Shown: one piece after another, positions 32,831 through 34,096 of the stretch
How positions within the stretch are numbered: the stretch's first letter is position 1
How the letters are laid out: the number at the start of each line of letters is the position of its first letter
From: Octopus sinensis
Lineage: Eukaryota
Direction of reading: 5' to 3'
Assembly (NCBI RefSeq): GCF_006345805.1
Contig: NW_021831973.1
Coordinates: forward strand, 1-34,096
Length of the DNA stretch: 34,096 nucleotides
Notes under the pieces: model-generated
Databases searched by the model: none
The model's input: only the letters and a program-made list of their open reading frames with translations
Told to the model about the DNA's origin: nothing
Made by a program: the position numbers and the translations under genes

Positions 32831-33849
32831 AAATGAAGTAAAAAAGAAGACCATCTAACTTATATGTAAAGTCATTCTATAACTGCTAGGGAAGACAAGA
32901 AGTATTTTTCGTTACACTGAAGACGTGGCCTAAGAAAGGGTGAGTTACTGTTGTGGTCTGTGTTCAGTTTACAAATGTAATTTGACTTTCTTCTACTTTA
33001 CTTCACATCCAACTAAATATTACATTAATGAGCAAAGCAAAGTAGAGTTCCCTTACAGCCAATGTAATGAAATGCTTACTAACAGCTCCAACATTAGCTA
33101 AATGGTGGTTCTATGCTTTAATTAAATGTTATTTCCAGATAACAACCAAATGACAAAGGAGGGCTTTGAGTAACACCAACAGTACAAATGTTAAGTAATT
33201 GTAATTAGGACCATATGAATATGAGGAACTATATTAAAACCTCGTTATCTTTGTCTTTGTCGTTATAACAAACTGTATAATCATCATCACTAACACCATC
33301 ATCATCATTATTAACATCATCATAAACTTAGCATTCATTTTCTCATTCTAGTAATAATTCTTTTTCCCTCTTTTTCACTTTGTTTTGTCTGGGGAAAAAA
33401 GCAATGTCTATGACCTTTGCAGGACCTGTGGGAGACCAACCAGTGAGACTAACACCACTAATGTTCTGCTCAAAATGTTGCAGGAAAGGTATTAACAGGG
33501 AAGAGATTCCAGACGGATGAAGTCCTGAGGAATAAGGAATGTTCACAACTGGTTTTTTTGTTCCTTGCATGGATTGGAAGAAGAATTGGAGACATTGTTT
33601 TTTAACCTCTCCTGTCACTAAGCCTTATCTGTTTTTCAAAGAAAGGGCCTCTTCTTCCTTTCTTCAAAGAAAGGACCTCTTCTTCAATAGAATGTAGGCA
33701 TCAGGGAAGACAGACAGAAACAACACAGCCTGATATAGCTTGTGTATAAACAATTGCAGATGTAAACAAATGAATTGAGACATATACATGTATACAACCC
33801 TCCCCCACTATATGTGTGTATAGCACTATGCAGACATACACACTCCCAC

Positions 33850-33858
33850 TATAAATAT

Positions 33859-33902
<44 letters not shown>

Positions 33903-33956
33903 AATATATATATACATATAAATATATATACATATATATATATATATAAATATATA

Positions 33957-34001
<45 letters not shown>

Positions 34002-34068
34002 AATAATATATATATATATAAATATATATACATATATATATATATATATAAATATATATACATATATT
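33850..34068. repeat. (TA)n-rich microsatellite with ~99-bp internal duplication
   Basis: ATATGTATGAATA recurs at ~33894 and ~33993. Confidence 0.9.
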
Positions 34069-34096
34069 TAAAGACTCCGCCGGTTACGACGACGAG

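Noticed and set aside
33635-33685. 28-bp-period tandem duplication TTCAAAGAAAGG.CCTCTTCTTC
   Set aside because: Only two units with no spacer; an ordinary local duplication, not a CRISPR-like array
28-34063. Most ORF-track entries (poly-YI, HT, CV, D, M, S peptides)
   Set aside because: They are translations of microsatellites, SINEs and RTE 3'UTRs with no coding signature
34066-34096. CpG-rich TTTAAAGACTCCGCCGGTTACGACGACGAG at the window end
   Set aside because: Probably the start of another interspersed repeat, but too little sequence to classify

Overview
AT-rich eukaryotic non-coding DNA, saturated with microsatellites and decayed mobile elements. The repeat repertoire resembles a coleoid cephalopod (Octopus-like) genome; this assignment is an inference from family resemblance, not a database result. 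No host protein-coding gene can be supported, and almost all ORF-track entries are microsatellite or repeat translations. Recognisable elements are many 3' ends and RT fragments of an RTE-clade LINE, two tRNA-derived SINE families, an R4/Dong-type LINE relic, a Lep1/HINE-type rolling-circle element carrying a captured ORF1-like fragment, a ~1 kb solo LTR, two mariner derivatives, a hAT relic and a pogo/Tigger relic. The most interesting signal is RNA-structural: type I hammerhead ribozyme (HHR) motifs from three unrelated sequence families. At 31629-32018 a perfect 151-bp inverted repeat holds two identical HHRs with intact cores, back-to-back on opposite strands. At 7954-8603 an older 106-bp inverted repeat has the same geometry with CpG-decayed HHRs. 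At 707-754 a fossil HHR sits inside a ~340-bp partial tandem unit. These fit Penelope-like elements or retrozymes. Catalytic activity and transcription are untested predictions.
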